From an uncultured Planctomycetales bacterium (GTDB lineage: Bacteria; Omnitrophota; Gorgyraeia; Gygaellales; Profunditerraquicolaceae): a stretch of 64,000 nt of DNA. The stretch spans positions 438,541 to 502,540 of the forward strand of contig CAZRVK010000001.1 of NCBI GenBank assembly GCA_964603585.1, given 5' to 3'. Shown here in pieces: positions 1 through 10,195 of the stretch (position 1 is its first letter; each line of letters begins with the position of its first letter). The translations under genes were made by a program, and so were the position numbers. The notes under the pieces are model-generated. The model was not told the origin of the DNA, did not search any database, and saw nothing but the letters and a program-made list of their open reading frames with translations.

Positions 1-378
1 AGCGGAAACTAATTGCCCCGTTTTTAGCCTGCTCGATATCGTCTTTATTCGCCAGGCTCATTAACTCATAAGCAATGACCCCATCCAGTTTTTTTAACTC
101 ATCTGTGATCTCATATACCTTTTTTAAAGTATCTGGGTTAAACACCCCCAAATCATCTTTTTCATTGACCACTCCCAGCACAATATAATCATAAATAGCG
201 AATTCCTTCTTGACCTCGTGGTTAAAAATACGGACAAACTCTTTTTCCGGCAGCATATTCTCCGGATCAGTATCCACCTTGACCCGGATAAATGCCGCAA
301 GAGACGCTAAAATCAGCAATACCGTCACAAAAAATATCAACTTGGGTTTTTTAATGGCAAATAGTATAAGTCTTTCGA

Positions 379-732
379 TCATACCTGTCCTCCTTCAACC
401 AAATCCACGGCTTTTTCAACACACCCTAAACAGGAAAGTTTGCGTTTACTGCGGATTGAGCGGCAGTTAAGAGAGCCTGCGGCTTCAACAAATCCCTGCT
501 CAATTTGAGAGGCTCGAGATGGATATTTTCTTGAAATTAAATAATGAGCGGCATAATATGCCCCGCATCTTCCTTGAGGAGCCCTGCCACCGGCGAACGC
601 AAGAAAAGAATCGATATCATTGTCCGAAACATCGAAGAGATCGGAAAAAACCTTGATTACAGCCTGGGCGCAGTTAAGCTTTACATACCCGGCTTTGCCT
701 AAAAAATGATTTTTTGCTTTTTCTTTACGCAT
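379..732 (-). CDS. C_GCAxxG_C_C family redox-active protein
   Basis: Motifs RCGAYYAAHY (C-GCAxxG) and CLGCVEKA (C-C). The long ORF-track N-terminus is rejected; the start is taken at ATG 732 (MRKEKAK). This ATG overlaps the upstream gene's stop (ATGCGTAA). Confidence 0.6.
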   Translation of the reverse strand: MRKEKAKNHFLGKAGYVKLNCAQAVIKVFSDLFDVSDNDIDSFLAFAGGRAPQGRCGAYYAAHYLISRKYPSRASQIEQGFVEAAGSLNCRSIRSKRKLSCLGCVEKAVDLVEGGQV

Positions 733-1075
733 GAAACATTCCTTTTCCATTTTTCCCTTTGGAAACAGCATATGTCCCGCCTGCAATACGGATCGCCTTG
801 CCGCAAAGGATTGCCTCCGCCACTTTTTTACGGGCAGATTCGATGATATTCCCAAAAGTTTGCCGCGAAACCCGCATTTTTTTCGCCGCATCGGCCTGAT
901 ATAACCCCTGACGGTCGGCAAAACACATCGCCTCGCATTCATCGATAGTTAAAACGATCTCTTCAAGCAGAATATCAGCTATTCCTTGAGGGACAAAATA
1001 CTTTACCTTAGGCTCGGTCCTTACGCACCGGCATTTTCTCGGCCGGCCACGAAGGCTCTTTCTATTTTTTAGCAT
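725..1075 (-). CDS. DUF134 (UPF0251) putative DNA-binding protein
   Basis: RGRPRKCRCV N-terminal Cys pair, a sigma-70 region 4-like HTH core (AAKKMRVSRQTFGNII) and a C-terminal AIRIAGG. Paralog of 59039..59347. The start is taken at MLKNRK; the ORF track extends to 1093. Confidence 0.6.
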   Translation of the reverse strand: MLKNRKSLRGRPRKCRCVRTEPKVKYFVPQGIADILLEEIVLTIDECEAMCFADRQGLYQADAAKKMRVSRQTFGNIIESARKKVAEAILCGKAIRIAGGTYAVSKGKNGKGMFHA

Positions 1076-1085
1076 ATGCCAATAA

Positions 1086-1115
1086 TACAGCAAAGAGGTA
1101 TTTTTGTCAATAAAT
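1086..1115 (-). promoter_or_regulatory. sigma70-like promoter for the DUF134/C_GCAxxG operon
   Basis: Minus strand reads TTGACA, a 17-nt spacer, then TATTAT immediately upstream of the ATG. Confidence 0.4.
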
Positions 1116-1268
1116 TATTGAAGGAATAATCGGCCCAAGAAAAGGAAGGGTATTAAACACACCGTTTTTTATCGGATCTTTGACGGTTTTCGTTCGGATC
1201 AAACCAGGTCCCGGGAAACTGCCTGGATAAAAATATAAGTATTGTGCCCCCGGAGTTACTACTCGGAG

Positions 1269-3842
1269 TTACCCGGACTTAAAACAGACGACTTTTTGCG
1301 AAACTACATCCGACATTATCCGTACTCCCATATGGCTTACATCATAAACCCCGATAACATCTTCGTATTTGACGGCTTCCGGCATAAGACTCGCAAACAA
1401 ATTGTTCGATTGGCCAAACCAGGTATCATCAAATAAACAACCCTTATTTTCAGGGAATAACGCCACATAGAATATATTCGTTTCTACCAGGTCTTGAAAA
1501 AAATGGGTCCCGAAAGATAATTCCGGCATTAGATTGCCGGCAGAAAACGCCACTTCCGCTAAAGCCGCTACATTATTTATCTCTGCAAATTTCACCGGAA
1601 CTCCTAAAGATGGAGTAGTCGTCCCCCACCTCCCCGGCCCCATCAAGAGAGTAGGCAACTCGCCTTTGTCTTTGACCATCCTGTTCAAATTACCTATGAT
1701 CCGGGCAATGTCGTATTTATCCGTCAATATGAGTTTACTGTAGCTTTGAGGATTGACGTAAATAACCCAGTCGATTTTCTGCGAAACATTTCCGCCCAGG
1801 AAATACCCCTGTGACTCAAAAAGTTTTTCCTTTTTATTGATTTTGGCCGGCATAACCACTTTACTCCCCAATCCACGGGTCTGCAGGGGCCGGCATTGCA
1901 GGAGGTTTATTTTAAAGGCATCGGCATGTGTAAAATTTATGGTAAATTCTATCTCAATGGGATAATGATAGCTTTCCTGGAGTAAACCAAGTATCTTCTT
2001 CAATGCCTCCACTAAAGTCTTTTTTTCAAGCATTTTATCAAGCGTCAATATCCAGTGGTCCTTATCCGTCAGGCCCCTCTGGCGACTAAGCTGTTCAGCC
2101 TCATCATCCTTGACCGCAATGCGGTCAATATCCCCGACTAATTTATCATCCACTAATTTCTCGAAGAAAATGGTCTGAAAAACATTTTCTTTTGTATTTA
2201 TAATGTCCACATTGCGCTGTGAATATTTCTTTAAATCGTCGCGCTCCGCATACGGCCGGCGCAAAGGATCACTTAAGGCTACCATCCGCGGATAATCGCC
2301 TTCTACGCGGTTAACAGCCCTTGTCCCCAAACCAAATACCATTCTAAGCATCCCCGAATGAGGATCAATATCTTTGTTCCAAACATAAGTATTATAGGAA
2401 ACTCCTACCCCGGCAAGGTCAGGAAAGAAATAATTCTTATGGTGCGCCCCTGAAACACGCTGCACCAGAAGCGCCATCTGCTCATCAAGTTTATCCAGGC
2501 CTCTTTGCTTCCTGTAAACAAGAGCATCCTCATTCATCGTACTGGCATATATCCTCTTTACTGCCTCTGCGAATTGAATATACCTCTGTTCAGGCCCTCC
2601 CTGGTTCGCTAAAAAAATGCTCTCATATTTACCGGCGAAGGCATTTCCAAAATCATCCTCTAAAAGGGAACTCGAGCGGATGATGATCGGGGATGACCCA
2701 AAATACTCTACAACCTGCTGAAAATGCTCCATAATCTCATCCGGAAAAACCCCATATAGCATTTTTTCCTTAAGTACCTTTGCGATATTAAAATAGCCTT
2801 CCTCGCTCTTCTGCTGCATATGCAGTTTCCACCACCGATTATGAACAATAAACGAATAGAATATATCCGAACCCACGTAGAATGAATCATGCGGTTCAGA
2901 CAATTTATGCCAGCCAGGGAAATTCTTCTCCAGGATCTTTCTTGCTAAAAGCATCCCTACTGCTTTTCCACCTATAAATCCTGTACCGATCAACCTGGAC
3001 TTTATCTCAATCAATTCCTGAAGAGAAAAATTGTTCACCGCCAGTGACAGTATCTTTTTATTTTTGCCGATCATGATATTACAAAGCCGGTTTATCATTT
3101 CTTTCTTTTTACTGACAGGGGCATCTTTCTTGACCAAGGACTCTACCTCAATGAACAAACGGTCCCAGTAATCCAGGTTCCGCTTAGCATTTTCCGCCCC
3201 CTTTTCCCTGATATATGACAATATCTCCACGGCATTTACGCTGTCAGTTATCGGGACAAATGCCTCACCAACCTTTTGATGCGGTAAAAACATGGTCGGG
3301 GAGTAACGATTCCAGACCTTTAGCGGATGGATATAAAAGCTATCCTGGCCATGATAAACATCAAGCAACAACTGGGTAGTTTCTCGGATACGCGCGATAG
3401 ATTTAAAAGAATGGTTGTTCCGTAATATCGAAAAGTAAGTTACTGTCTTCAGCTCATACAGATACGGACAGGTAACCATGAAGAAGTTCCCTATCATAAG
3501 ATCTGTAGCCCAGGCCAAAAGAAGCTCCGACAAACAATCAAATACATAATAGGCGCCTTCGCCTTCCTGGGTAATGATGCTGTTGACTTTGGCGGTAAAA
3601 GATTCGAACCCTGCCTGCGCTTTGAGCTCATACCGCTTTATTTGCGGAGATGGCTTTATCAGCTCCTTATGAGTCGCAAACCTCATATAAACGACTTTCC
3701 GCTTATCTTTTAAGGCCTGGGTAACAAAAGGCTTTACCAGATCAACATAATCATCGATATCATCTATTTGCCAGACGACATTATCGCCAAGCCTTAATCC
3801 TGTAATTATACTATCCAATCCTTTTATACCGGTACTTATCAT
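1269..3842 (-). CDS. PEP/pyruvate-binding (pyruvate phosphate dikinase N-terminal-like) domain protein with a degenerate KaiC/RecA-like N-terminus
   Basis: IIRSSSLLEDDFGNAFAGKYES matches the PPDK_N / PEP synthase ATP-grasp signature (VRSSATAED..SFAGQ). The N-terminal GIKGLDSIITGLRLGDNVVWQ is RecA/KaiC-like but has no Walker A. Confidence 0.5.
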   Translation of the reverse strand: MISTGIKGLDSIITGLRLGDNVVWQIDDIDDYVDLVKPFVTQALKDKRKVVYMRFATHKELIKPSPQIKRYELKAQAGFESFTAKVNSIITQEGEGAYYVFDCLSELLLAWATDLMIGNFFMVTCPYLYELKTVTYFSILRNNHSFKSIARIRETTQLLLDVYHGQDSFYIHPLKVWNRYSPTMFLPHQKVGEAFVPITDSVNAVEILSYIREKGAENAKRNLDYWDRLFIEVESLVKKDAPVSKKKEMINRLCNIMIGKNKKILSLAVNNFSLQELIEIKSRLIGTGFIGGKAVGMLLARKILEKNFPGWHKLSEPHDSFYVGSDIFYSFIVHNRWWKLHMQQKSEEGYFNIAKVLKEKMLYGVFPDEIMEHFQQVVEYFGSSPIIIRSSSLLEDDFGNAFAGKYESIFLANQGGPEQRYIQFAEAVKRIYASTMNEDALVYRKQRGLDKLDEQMALLVQRVSGAHHKNYFFPDLAGVGVSYNTYVWNKDIDPHSGMLRMVFGLGTRAVNRVEGDYPRMVALSDPLRRPYAERDDLKKYSQRNVDIINTKENVFQTIFFEKLVDDKLVGDIDRIAVKDDEAEQLSRQRGLTDKDHWILTLDKMLEKKTLVEALKKILGLLQESYHYPIEIEFTINFTHADAFKINLLQCRPLQTRGLGSKVVMPAKINKKEKLFESQGYFLGGNVSQKIDWVIYVNPQSYSKLILTDKYDIARIIGNLNRMVKDKGELPTLLMGPGRWGTTTPSLGVPVKFAEINNVAALAEVAFSAGNLMPELSFGTHFFQDLVETNIFYVALFPENKGCLFDDTWFGQSNNLFASLMPEAVKYEDVIGVYDVSHMGVRIMSDVVSQKVVCFKSG

Positions 3843-3854
3843 TTTCCCGCTCCT

Positions 3855-5303
3855 TTAAATAATCGGCAACCTGGTTTCCTGCATCAAATATTTATCCATA
3901 AAATGAGCGCAGCGCCTGCCTTCTGAAATAGCCCAAACCACTAATGATTGCCCGCGCCTCATATCCCCCGCAGAGAACACTTTTTCTATATTAGTCATAT
4001 AATTTTCCTGCGTACGCACATTACCCCGCGCATCAAAATCGATTTTCAGATCATTCAGTAACCCTGAATGCTCCGGATGCAAAAATCCTACAGCCAGGAT
4101 CACTAAATCTGCGCTGATCTCAAACTCACTGCCAGGGATCTCCCGCATCACCGGGCAAGGATTCTTATCTGTTTTACTGAACTCCACCTTAACACAAGAA
4201 AGCTTCTTCACCAAACCTTTTTCTCCAATGAAACGCTTGGTCAATACTGCCCAATGCCGCTGCCCCCCCTCAATATGGCTGGAGGATACCTTTAAAAGCA
4301 ACGGATATTTCGGCCAGGGTTGAGACGGCATCCTGCATTCTTCGGGTTTAGGTAAGACTTCAATTTGCACGACACAACTTGCGCCCTGGCGATGAGCAGT
4401 CCCCACGCAATCAGCCCCGCTGTCCCCACCGCCAATAACTACCACCTGCTTATCTTTAGCATCAATTAAATTATCCTGTGCAATAAACTCTTTACTGACA
4501 CGCCTGTTCGACTGTGACAGATAATCCATAGCAAAATATATCCCCTTAAGATCCCTTCCTTCTATTAACAGGTCCCGGGGAATGCGCGATCCTCCAGCCA
4601 AACAGACCGCATCGAAATCTTCCAGAAGCTTACTGGCCGGATAATCAGGCCCGACATTGACGCCCGTCTTAAAAACAACCCCCTCTTCTTTCCAAATATC
4701 AATCCGCCTGTCCAGGATATGTTTCTCAAGCTTGAAATCCGGAATACCATATCTTAATATCCCGCCCACAGAACTATCCCGCTCAAAAACCGTTACATCA
4801 TGCCCGGCTAAATTTAGCTGTGCCGCAGCGGATAAACCGGCTGGCCCTGACCCAATAACCGCTATTTTCTTACCGGTCCGGTATTCTATCTGCCTGGGTT
4901 TTATAAATCCGTTCTTAAAAGCCGTTTCTATAACCGCCAGTTCATTCTCCCGGACAGTGACCGGATCATCATTTAGGCCTAATACACAGGAATATTCACA
5001 CAACGCCGGACAAACCCTGCCGGTTATTTCGGCAAGGTTATTTGTCGCCTCCAGCAATTTAAACGCCTCAACCCAGTTCCCGTGAAAAACAAGATCGTTC
5101 CATTCGGGGATATAATTGCCTATCGGACAACCCCAATGGCAAAACGGGGTTGAACAATCCATACAACGGCTGGCTTGATCAATAGAGTGTTCAGGCAAAC
5201 GTTGTTTATAAACATCTTTGAAATCCCCTATGCGCTCGCAGACCGGCCTATAGTCACCGCCTTTCCGCGCTACTTTCAAAAAACCTCTTTCTTCACCCAT
5301 CAA
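3855..5303 (-). CDS. gltD: glutamate synthase small (beta) subunit, NADPH/FAD oxidoreductase
   Basis: N-terminal 4Fe-4S Cys cluster (CMDCSTPFCHWGCP) and IAVIGSGPAGLSAA dinucleotide fold. Overlaps gltB by 11 bp. Confidence 0.9.
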   Translation of the reverse strand: MMGEERGFLKVARKGGDYRPVCERIGDFKDVYKQRLPEHSIDQASRCMDCSTPFCHWGCPIGNYIPEWNDLVFHGNWVEAFKLLEATNNLAEITGRVCPALCEYSCVLGLNDDPVTVRENELAVIETAFKNGFIKPRQIEYRTGKKIAVIGSGPAGLSAAAQLNLAGHDVTVFERDSSVGGILRYGIPDFKLEKHILDRRIDIWKEEGVVFKTGVNVGPDYPASKLLEDFDAVCLAGGSRIPRDLLIEGRDLKGIYFAMDYLSQSNRRVSKEFIAQDNLIDAKDKQVVVIGGGDSGADCVGTAHRQGASCVVQIEVLPKPEECRMPSQPWPKYPLLLKVSSSHIEGGQRHWAVLTKRFIGEKGLVKKLSCVKVEFSKTDKNPCPVMREIPGSEFEISADLVILAVGFLHPEHSGLLNDLKIDFDARGNVRTQENYMTNIEKVFSAGDMRRGQSLVVWAISEGRRCAHFMDKYLMQETRLPII

Positions 5304-8300
5304 TAGCCTCCGCGATATTAAGCTTTTCCTCCAACTTTGCCCCCTCTAAAATGCGTTTATATTCAAGCGGCATGACTCTGACAAATCTCTTAAGTTCAAC
5401 GTTCAGGGCATCCAGGATTTTCTTGGCTTTTGTACTTCTGGTATATTTGACATGATGGCTAAGCAGATGATATATTGTATCCCGGTCATCTGCTTTAATA
5501 TGCTCCAATTCCACCATATCCAGGTTACACCTTTCTTTAAAACTGGCATCTTCATCATAAACATAAGCTATGCCACCAGACATGCCTGCGGCAAAATTCC
5601 TTCCAGTCCGGCCAAGGATTATTACTCTACCCCCGGTCATATACTCACAGCCATGGTCTCCGACGCCCTCGACTACCGCATATAACCCTGAATTACGAAC
5701 GCAAAACCTTTCTCCTGCGATCCCGTTTATATAGGCCTCGCCGGATATTGCCCCATAAAAGGAGGTGTTACCGGCAATAATGTTGTCGTCGGCTTTATAA
5801 TTTATTCGACTATCCGGATAAACTATGATCTTTCCTCCTGAAATACCTTTTCCGATATAATCATTAGCCAAACCTTCCAATTCAAAAGTTATCCCTTTTG
5901 CCAGAAACGCGCCAAAACTCTGCCCGGCTATGCCTTTAAATTTAAAATACAGGGCATCTTCCAAAAGTACATTATCCCCGCACCTGCGACAAACCTCCCC
6001 GCTCAACAATGCACCGGCAGCCCTATTCGTATTATTGATATTCAATAAAGCCTTGACCGGCTCATTCTTCTGAAGGCAATTCTCCCATATTTGTATAAGT
6101 TTTCGGTCAAGGACATTATCTAAGCCACTATCTTGTTTTTCCTTGCAATAACGCCCGATATGCTCCGGAAGTTTGGGATTATAAAGTATCCGTGAGTAAT
6201 CGACGCCTTTAGCCTTTTCCGGAACGATCTTTCGGTTTAACTCCAACAGATCACATCTGCCGATCATCTCATTTACCGTCCTTAACCCAAGATCAGCCAT
6301 AATCTGGCGCAACTCTTGGGCTATAAAATGGAAGTAATTCACAATATATTCCGGCCTGCCCCGGAACCTTTTCTGTAAAATACTGTCTTGAGTGGCCACT
6401 CCCAGAGAACAATTATTTAAATGGCAGTGCCTTAACATCACGCAACCGATGACAACCAGGACCGCAGAACAAAAACCATACTCTTCTGCTCCAAGCAAGG
6501 CGGCAATTGCCACATCGCGTCCAGTACGCATCCCTCCGTCAGCTTGCAGGCGGACACGGGAGCGTAAATTATTAAGTAAAAGCGTCTGGTGCGTTTCTGC
6601 CAGGCCTAATTCCCAGGGAAGGCCGGCATATCGAATGGAACTTCTGGGTGATGCGCCTGTTCCCCCGTCTCCTCCGGAAATAAGGATCATATCCGCATGC
6701 CCTTTGGCAACTCCAGCGGCAACCGTTCCTACGCCAACTTCAGATACAAGTTTTACACTGACCCTGGCAACAGGATTGGCATTCTTTAGGTCAAATATCA
6801 GCTGTGCCAGGTCCTCGATGGAATATATATCATGGTGCGGAGGAGGAGAGATCAAAGTAACCCCTTGAGTGGTATACCGGGTACGGGCAATTATTTCACT
6901 GACCTTATGCCCAGGCAATTGCCCTCCCTCGCCAGGCTTAGCCCCTTGAGAGATCTTTATTTGTATCTCGTCGGCATTAACCAGATAATTTATCGTTACG
7001 CCAAACCTGCCAGAAGCAACCTGTTTGATCGCGCTCCGGCGGGAATCTCCATTCGGTAAACTGACGAACCTATTGGGATCCTCACCGCCCTCCCCAGTAT
7101 TGGATTTCCCACCAATACGGTTCATCGCAATAGCGATAGTCTCATGTGCGGCGCCGCTTATCGAACCAAAACTCATCGCCCCGGTTACAAAACGTTTTAA
7201 AATGCTGTGCACCGGCTCAACCTCATCGATAGGAACAGGTGTTATCTTCTTGCCGCCAGAGGCTGACCCGGAGAATTCAAGCAGGCTTCTTAAGGTAACT
7301 GGATTACTCGACTGGTCATTAATCAACCGGGCAAACTCCTTATATTTCTCATAATCACCACGGGAAGTAGCCTCTTGTAAAGCAGCAATACTCTCCGGCC
7401 GCCAAAGATGGAACTCCCCATCTTTCTTCCACTGATAAACCCCTCCGCTCGAAAGATAATCTGCGTCCGTGCTTCTTAGGGCATACGCCTGACGATGCCT
7501 TTCTAAAGTCTCTTCTACGATCCCTTCTAAAGATACCCCGCCGATCCTGGAAACCGTGCCGGTAAAATATCTGTCGATAAACTCATTATCTAAGCCCAAA
7601 GCCTCAAAAATCTGTGCGCCGCGATAACTCCTAAGGGTGGAAATACCCATTTTAGAAAGTATCTTCAATATCCCGTCGGTTATCGCCTTAATATAATTCT
7701 TTAAAGCCGTCTTGGGTTCCAGTTTGATTTCTTTTTGCCTGACCAGATATTCCACGGTTTCATAGGCAAGATAAGGATTGATACAATCAGCCCCATAACC
7801 GAAGAGCAGCGCAAAATGATGCACCTCTCTGGGCTCTGCACTCTCCACCACTAAAGCTACCTGTGAACGGACAGTTTTTCTTACTAAATACTGATGAATA
7901 GCACTGACCGCTAAAAGCGCCGGTAAAGCAACATTATCCTTATCTATACCGCGGTCGCTTAAGATTATAAAAGAATACCCTTGTTCAATAGCGTACTCGG
8001 ATTCAAAACAAACCCTATCCAGAGCTTGCACAAATCCTTCTTTACCGCTTAAAGCATCAAAAAAAGTATAGATCGTCTTGGTCTTAAAACTGTTTATACT
8101 GATATCCCGTATTTTTTCAAGGTCAGTATTGGTCAAAATCGGATTCCTTACTCTAAGTTTATGGCTATGCTTAGGGCTCTGTTCCAGGATATTCTTTTCC
8201 GGGCCGATGAAACTTTCTAAACTCATCACCAGTTTTTCTCTAATTGAATCTATGGGAGGATTAGTCACTTGAGCAAAAAGCTGGCGAAAATAACTATAAA

Positions 8301-9870
8301 GAAGTTGCGGCTCTTTTGATAGAAAGGCATAGGCAATATCGCTCCCCATAGAACCTACAGGCTCTTTAGCCTCAACCGCCATAGGTTTAATGATCATTTT
8401 CAGGTCTTCACGGGAATAGCCGAAAGCCTTAAGTTTAGGGAGCAAATCTTGTGATATCCTGTTACTTGTTTCCGAACCAATAAGTTTATCCAGATCAACC
8501 ATACTTTCATCATTCCATTTACCGTACGGAAACCTCCGGGCCACATCCTGCTTTATTTGAGAATCTTCGATTATGCGCCCATTCCGGGTATCGATAAAGA
8601 ACATTTTGCCTGGTTCAAGCCTGCCGGAAACCTTAATATTTGCCGGATCAATATCCAAAACACCGACCTCGGAAGCCATAACCACAAAATCATCATGAGT
8701 CAAAATGTAACGTGCAGGCCGAAGGCCGTTTCTATCCAAAATCGCCCCAATATTATAACCATCCGTAAAGGCAATGGCTGCCGGTCCATCCCAAGGTTCC
8801 ATAAAACAAGCATGGTATTTATAAAAATCCCGAAGTTCCTTGCTTATATGCTTGTCATGTTCCCAAGCCGCAGGGACTAACATCATCATTGCATGTTCAA
8901 GAGTCCGGCCGGACAAGACCAAAAGCTCGAAGAAATTATCCATTGCCGCTGAATCACTCCCCCCCTCAACGATAACCGGCTTGAGCTTCTCGATATCCAT
9001 ACCAAAAAGTTCACTGGTCAGCAACCGCTCCCGGGCTTTAACCCCGTTTACATTGCCCCGTAAAGTATTGATCTCACCATTGTGCGCCAGGAACCTGAAA
9101 GGCTGGGCTAAATTCCAGGTTGGGAAAGTATTGGTGGAATAACGCGAATGCACCAGGCACAAAGCGCTCTTTAAACTTTCATCCCTAAGGTCAAGAAAGA
9201 AATCATCTATTTGCTCGGGCATAAGCAGCCCTTTATAAGAGAAGGTACGGGCTGAAATATTAGTGATATAAAAGTATCCCTTCTGCTTCAGATCAGAGCC
9301 CAGGATGATATTCTCGATCTCTTTTCTAATACAGTACAGCCTTCGTTCAAAAACAAGTTCATCTTCCCCTGGCAGCTCTGTATTTACTCCGCCTGTATGC
9401 TTAGCGCGTTCGGGCACACTCTTTGCGACAAAGACCTGTTCAATTACGGATTGAGTACTTTTTGCGCCTTCGCCGATCACAGAATCATCGATTGGCACCT
9501 GGCGCCATCCCAGCAACACCTGGCCTTGATCTTCGATTACCTTATTGAATACTTCTTTGCAAAACCTGCGTTCCGAAATATCTGGGGGCAGGAATATCAA
9601 TCCACTGCCATAAGATCCTGGAACAGGCAACTCAATATTGATAGCTGCAGCCGCTTTTTTAAAGAAATCATGCGGGGTCTGGATCAAGATCCCTGCGCCG
9701 TCCCCGGTCTTTGGATCAGAACCAACCGCCCCCCGGTGCGCAAGACGATGCAAAACCTCTACCCCTTGTTTAATGATAGCGTTGGAGGAATGACCTTTGA
9801 TATTACAGACAAACCCTACTCCACAGGAATCATGTTCGAATCCCGGATCATATAAGCCTTGTTTTTTCAT
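5293..9870 (-). CDS. gltB: glutamate synthase large subunit
   Basis: 1525 aa. N-terminal CGVGFV Ntn-amidotransferase start, followed by FMN and GXGXG domains. Confidence 0.92.
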   Translation of the reverse strand: MKKQGLYDPGFEHDSCGVGFVCNIKGHSSNAIIKQGVEVLHRLAHRGAVGSDPKTGDGAGILIQTPHDFFKKAAAAINIELPVPGSYGSGLIFLPPDISERRFCKEVFNKVIEDQGQVLLGWRQVPIDDSVIGEGAKSTQSVIEQVFVAKSVPERAKHTGGVNTELPGEDELVFERRLYCIRKEIENIILGSDLKQKGYFYITNISARTFSYKGLLMPEQIDDFFLDLRDESLKSALCLVHSRYSTNTFPTWNLAQPFRFLAHNGEINTLRGNVNGVKARERLLTSELFGMDIEKLKPVIVEGGSDSAAMDNFFELLVLSGRTLEHAMMMLVPAAWEHDKHISKELRDFYKYHACFMEPWDGPAAIAFTDGYNIGAILDRNGLRPARYILTHDDFVVMASEVGVLDIDPANIKVSGRLEPGKMFFIDTRNGRIIEDSQIKQDVARRFPYGKWNDESMVDLDKLIGSETSNRISQDLLPKLKAFGYSREDLKMIIKPMAVEAKEPVGSMGSDIAYAFLSKEPQLLYSYFRQLFAQVTNPPIDSIREKLVMSLESFIGPEKNILEQSPKHSHKLRVRNPILTNTDLEKIRDISINSFKTKTIYTFFDALSGKEGFVQALDRVCFESEYAIEQGYSFIILSDRGIDKDNVALPALLAVSAIHQYLVRKTVRSQVALVVESAEPREVHHFALLFGYGADCINPYLAYETVEYLVRQKEIKLEPKTALKNYIKAITDGILKILSKMGISTLRSYRGAQIFEALGLDNEFIDRYFTGTVSRIGGVSLEGIVEETLERHRQAYALRSTDADYLSSGGVYQWKKDGEFHLWRPESIAALQEATSRGDYEKYKEFARLINDQSSNPVTLRSLLEFSGSASGGKKITPVPIDEVEPVHSILKRFVTGAMSFGSISGAAHETIAIAMNRIGGKSNTGEGGEDPNRFVSLPNGDSRRSAIKQVASGRFGVTINYLVNADEIQIKISQGAKPGEGGQLPGHKVSEIIARTRYTTQGVTLISPPPHHDIYSIEDLAQLIFDLKNANPVARVSVKLVSEVGVGTVAAGVAKGHADMILISGGDGGTGASPRSSIRYAGLPWELGLAETHQTLLLNNLRSRVRLQADGGMRTGRDVAIAALLGAEEYGFCSAVLVVIGCVMLRHCHLNNCSLGVATQDSILQKRFRGRPEYIVNYFHFIAQELRQIMADLGLRTVNEMIGRCDLLELNRKIVPEKAKGVDYSRILYNPKLPEHIGRYCKEKQDSGLDNVLDRKLIQIWENCLQKNEPVKALLNINNTNRAAGALLSGEVCRRCGDNVLLEDALYFKFKGIAGQSFGAFLAKGITFELEGLANDYIGKGISGGKIIVYPDSRINYKADDNIIAGNTSFYGAISGEAYINGIAGERFCVRNSGLYAVVEGVGDHGCEYMTGGRVIILGRTGRNFAAGMSGGIAYVYDEDASFKERCNLDMVELEHIKADDRDTIYHLLSHHVKYTRSTKAKKILDALNVELKRFVRVMPLEYKRILEGAKLEEKLNIAEAIDG

Positions 9871-10115
9871 ATCTTTACCTCATTCACAGAAATACCCAGT
9901 TTCTTTATTTTAGCGCGCAAAGTGTTCCGGTTAATACCCAATAACCTGGCAGCCTTGATCTGATTGCCAAAAGTTATTGCTAATGTATTTTTGATCAATG
10001 ATTTATCCAGCGCATCCAGCATAATATGGTATATTTTGCCTTCCTGCTGTTTAAGAAAAAACCTGTCCAGCTCTGCAAGCGCCTTTTCTATTTCCTTTGC
10101 CTTTTCATCATTCAT
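9867..10115 (-). CDS. Fis-family helix-turn-helix protein (stand-alone)
   Basis: 82 aa. C-terminus AARLLGINRNTLRAKIKKLGI is a Fis-type HTH. Overlaps the gltB start by 4 bp. Confidence 0.6.
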   Translation of the reverse strand: MNDEKAKEIEKALAELDRFFLKQQEGKIYHIMLDALDKSLIKNTLAITFGNQIKAARLLGINRNTLRAKIKKLGISVNEVKI

Positions 10116-10195
10116 TTTTTGTCTAAAAATTAATCACCCGTGTTTAACAAAAAAACTTTACTTGGGGTGCTGATCTCATAAGAACTTATCGCGCC

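Noticed and set aside
733-942. Long form of the C_GCAxxG_C_C ORF overlapping the DUF134 gene by 218 bp
   Set aside because: An internal ATG at 732 overlaps the DUF134 stop in ATGCGTAA, the typical coupled junction. The upstream extension is Arg-rich junk.
6392-9855. Multiple plus-strand ORFs of 100 to 158 aa inside gltB (for example 6392..6868, 9397..9855)
   Set aside because: They are antisense to a highly conserved 1525-aa gene and have low-complexity Pro/Ser/Arg-rich translations typical of antisense frames.
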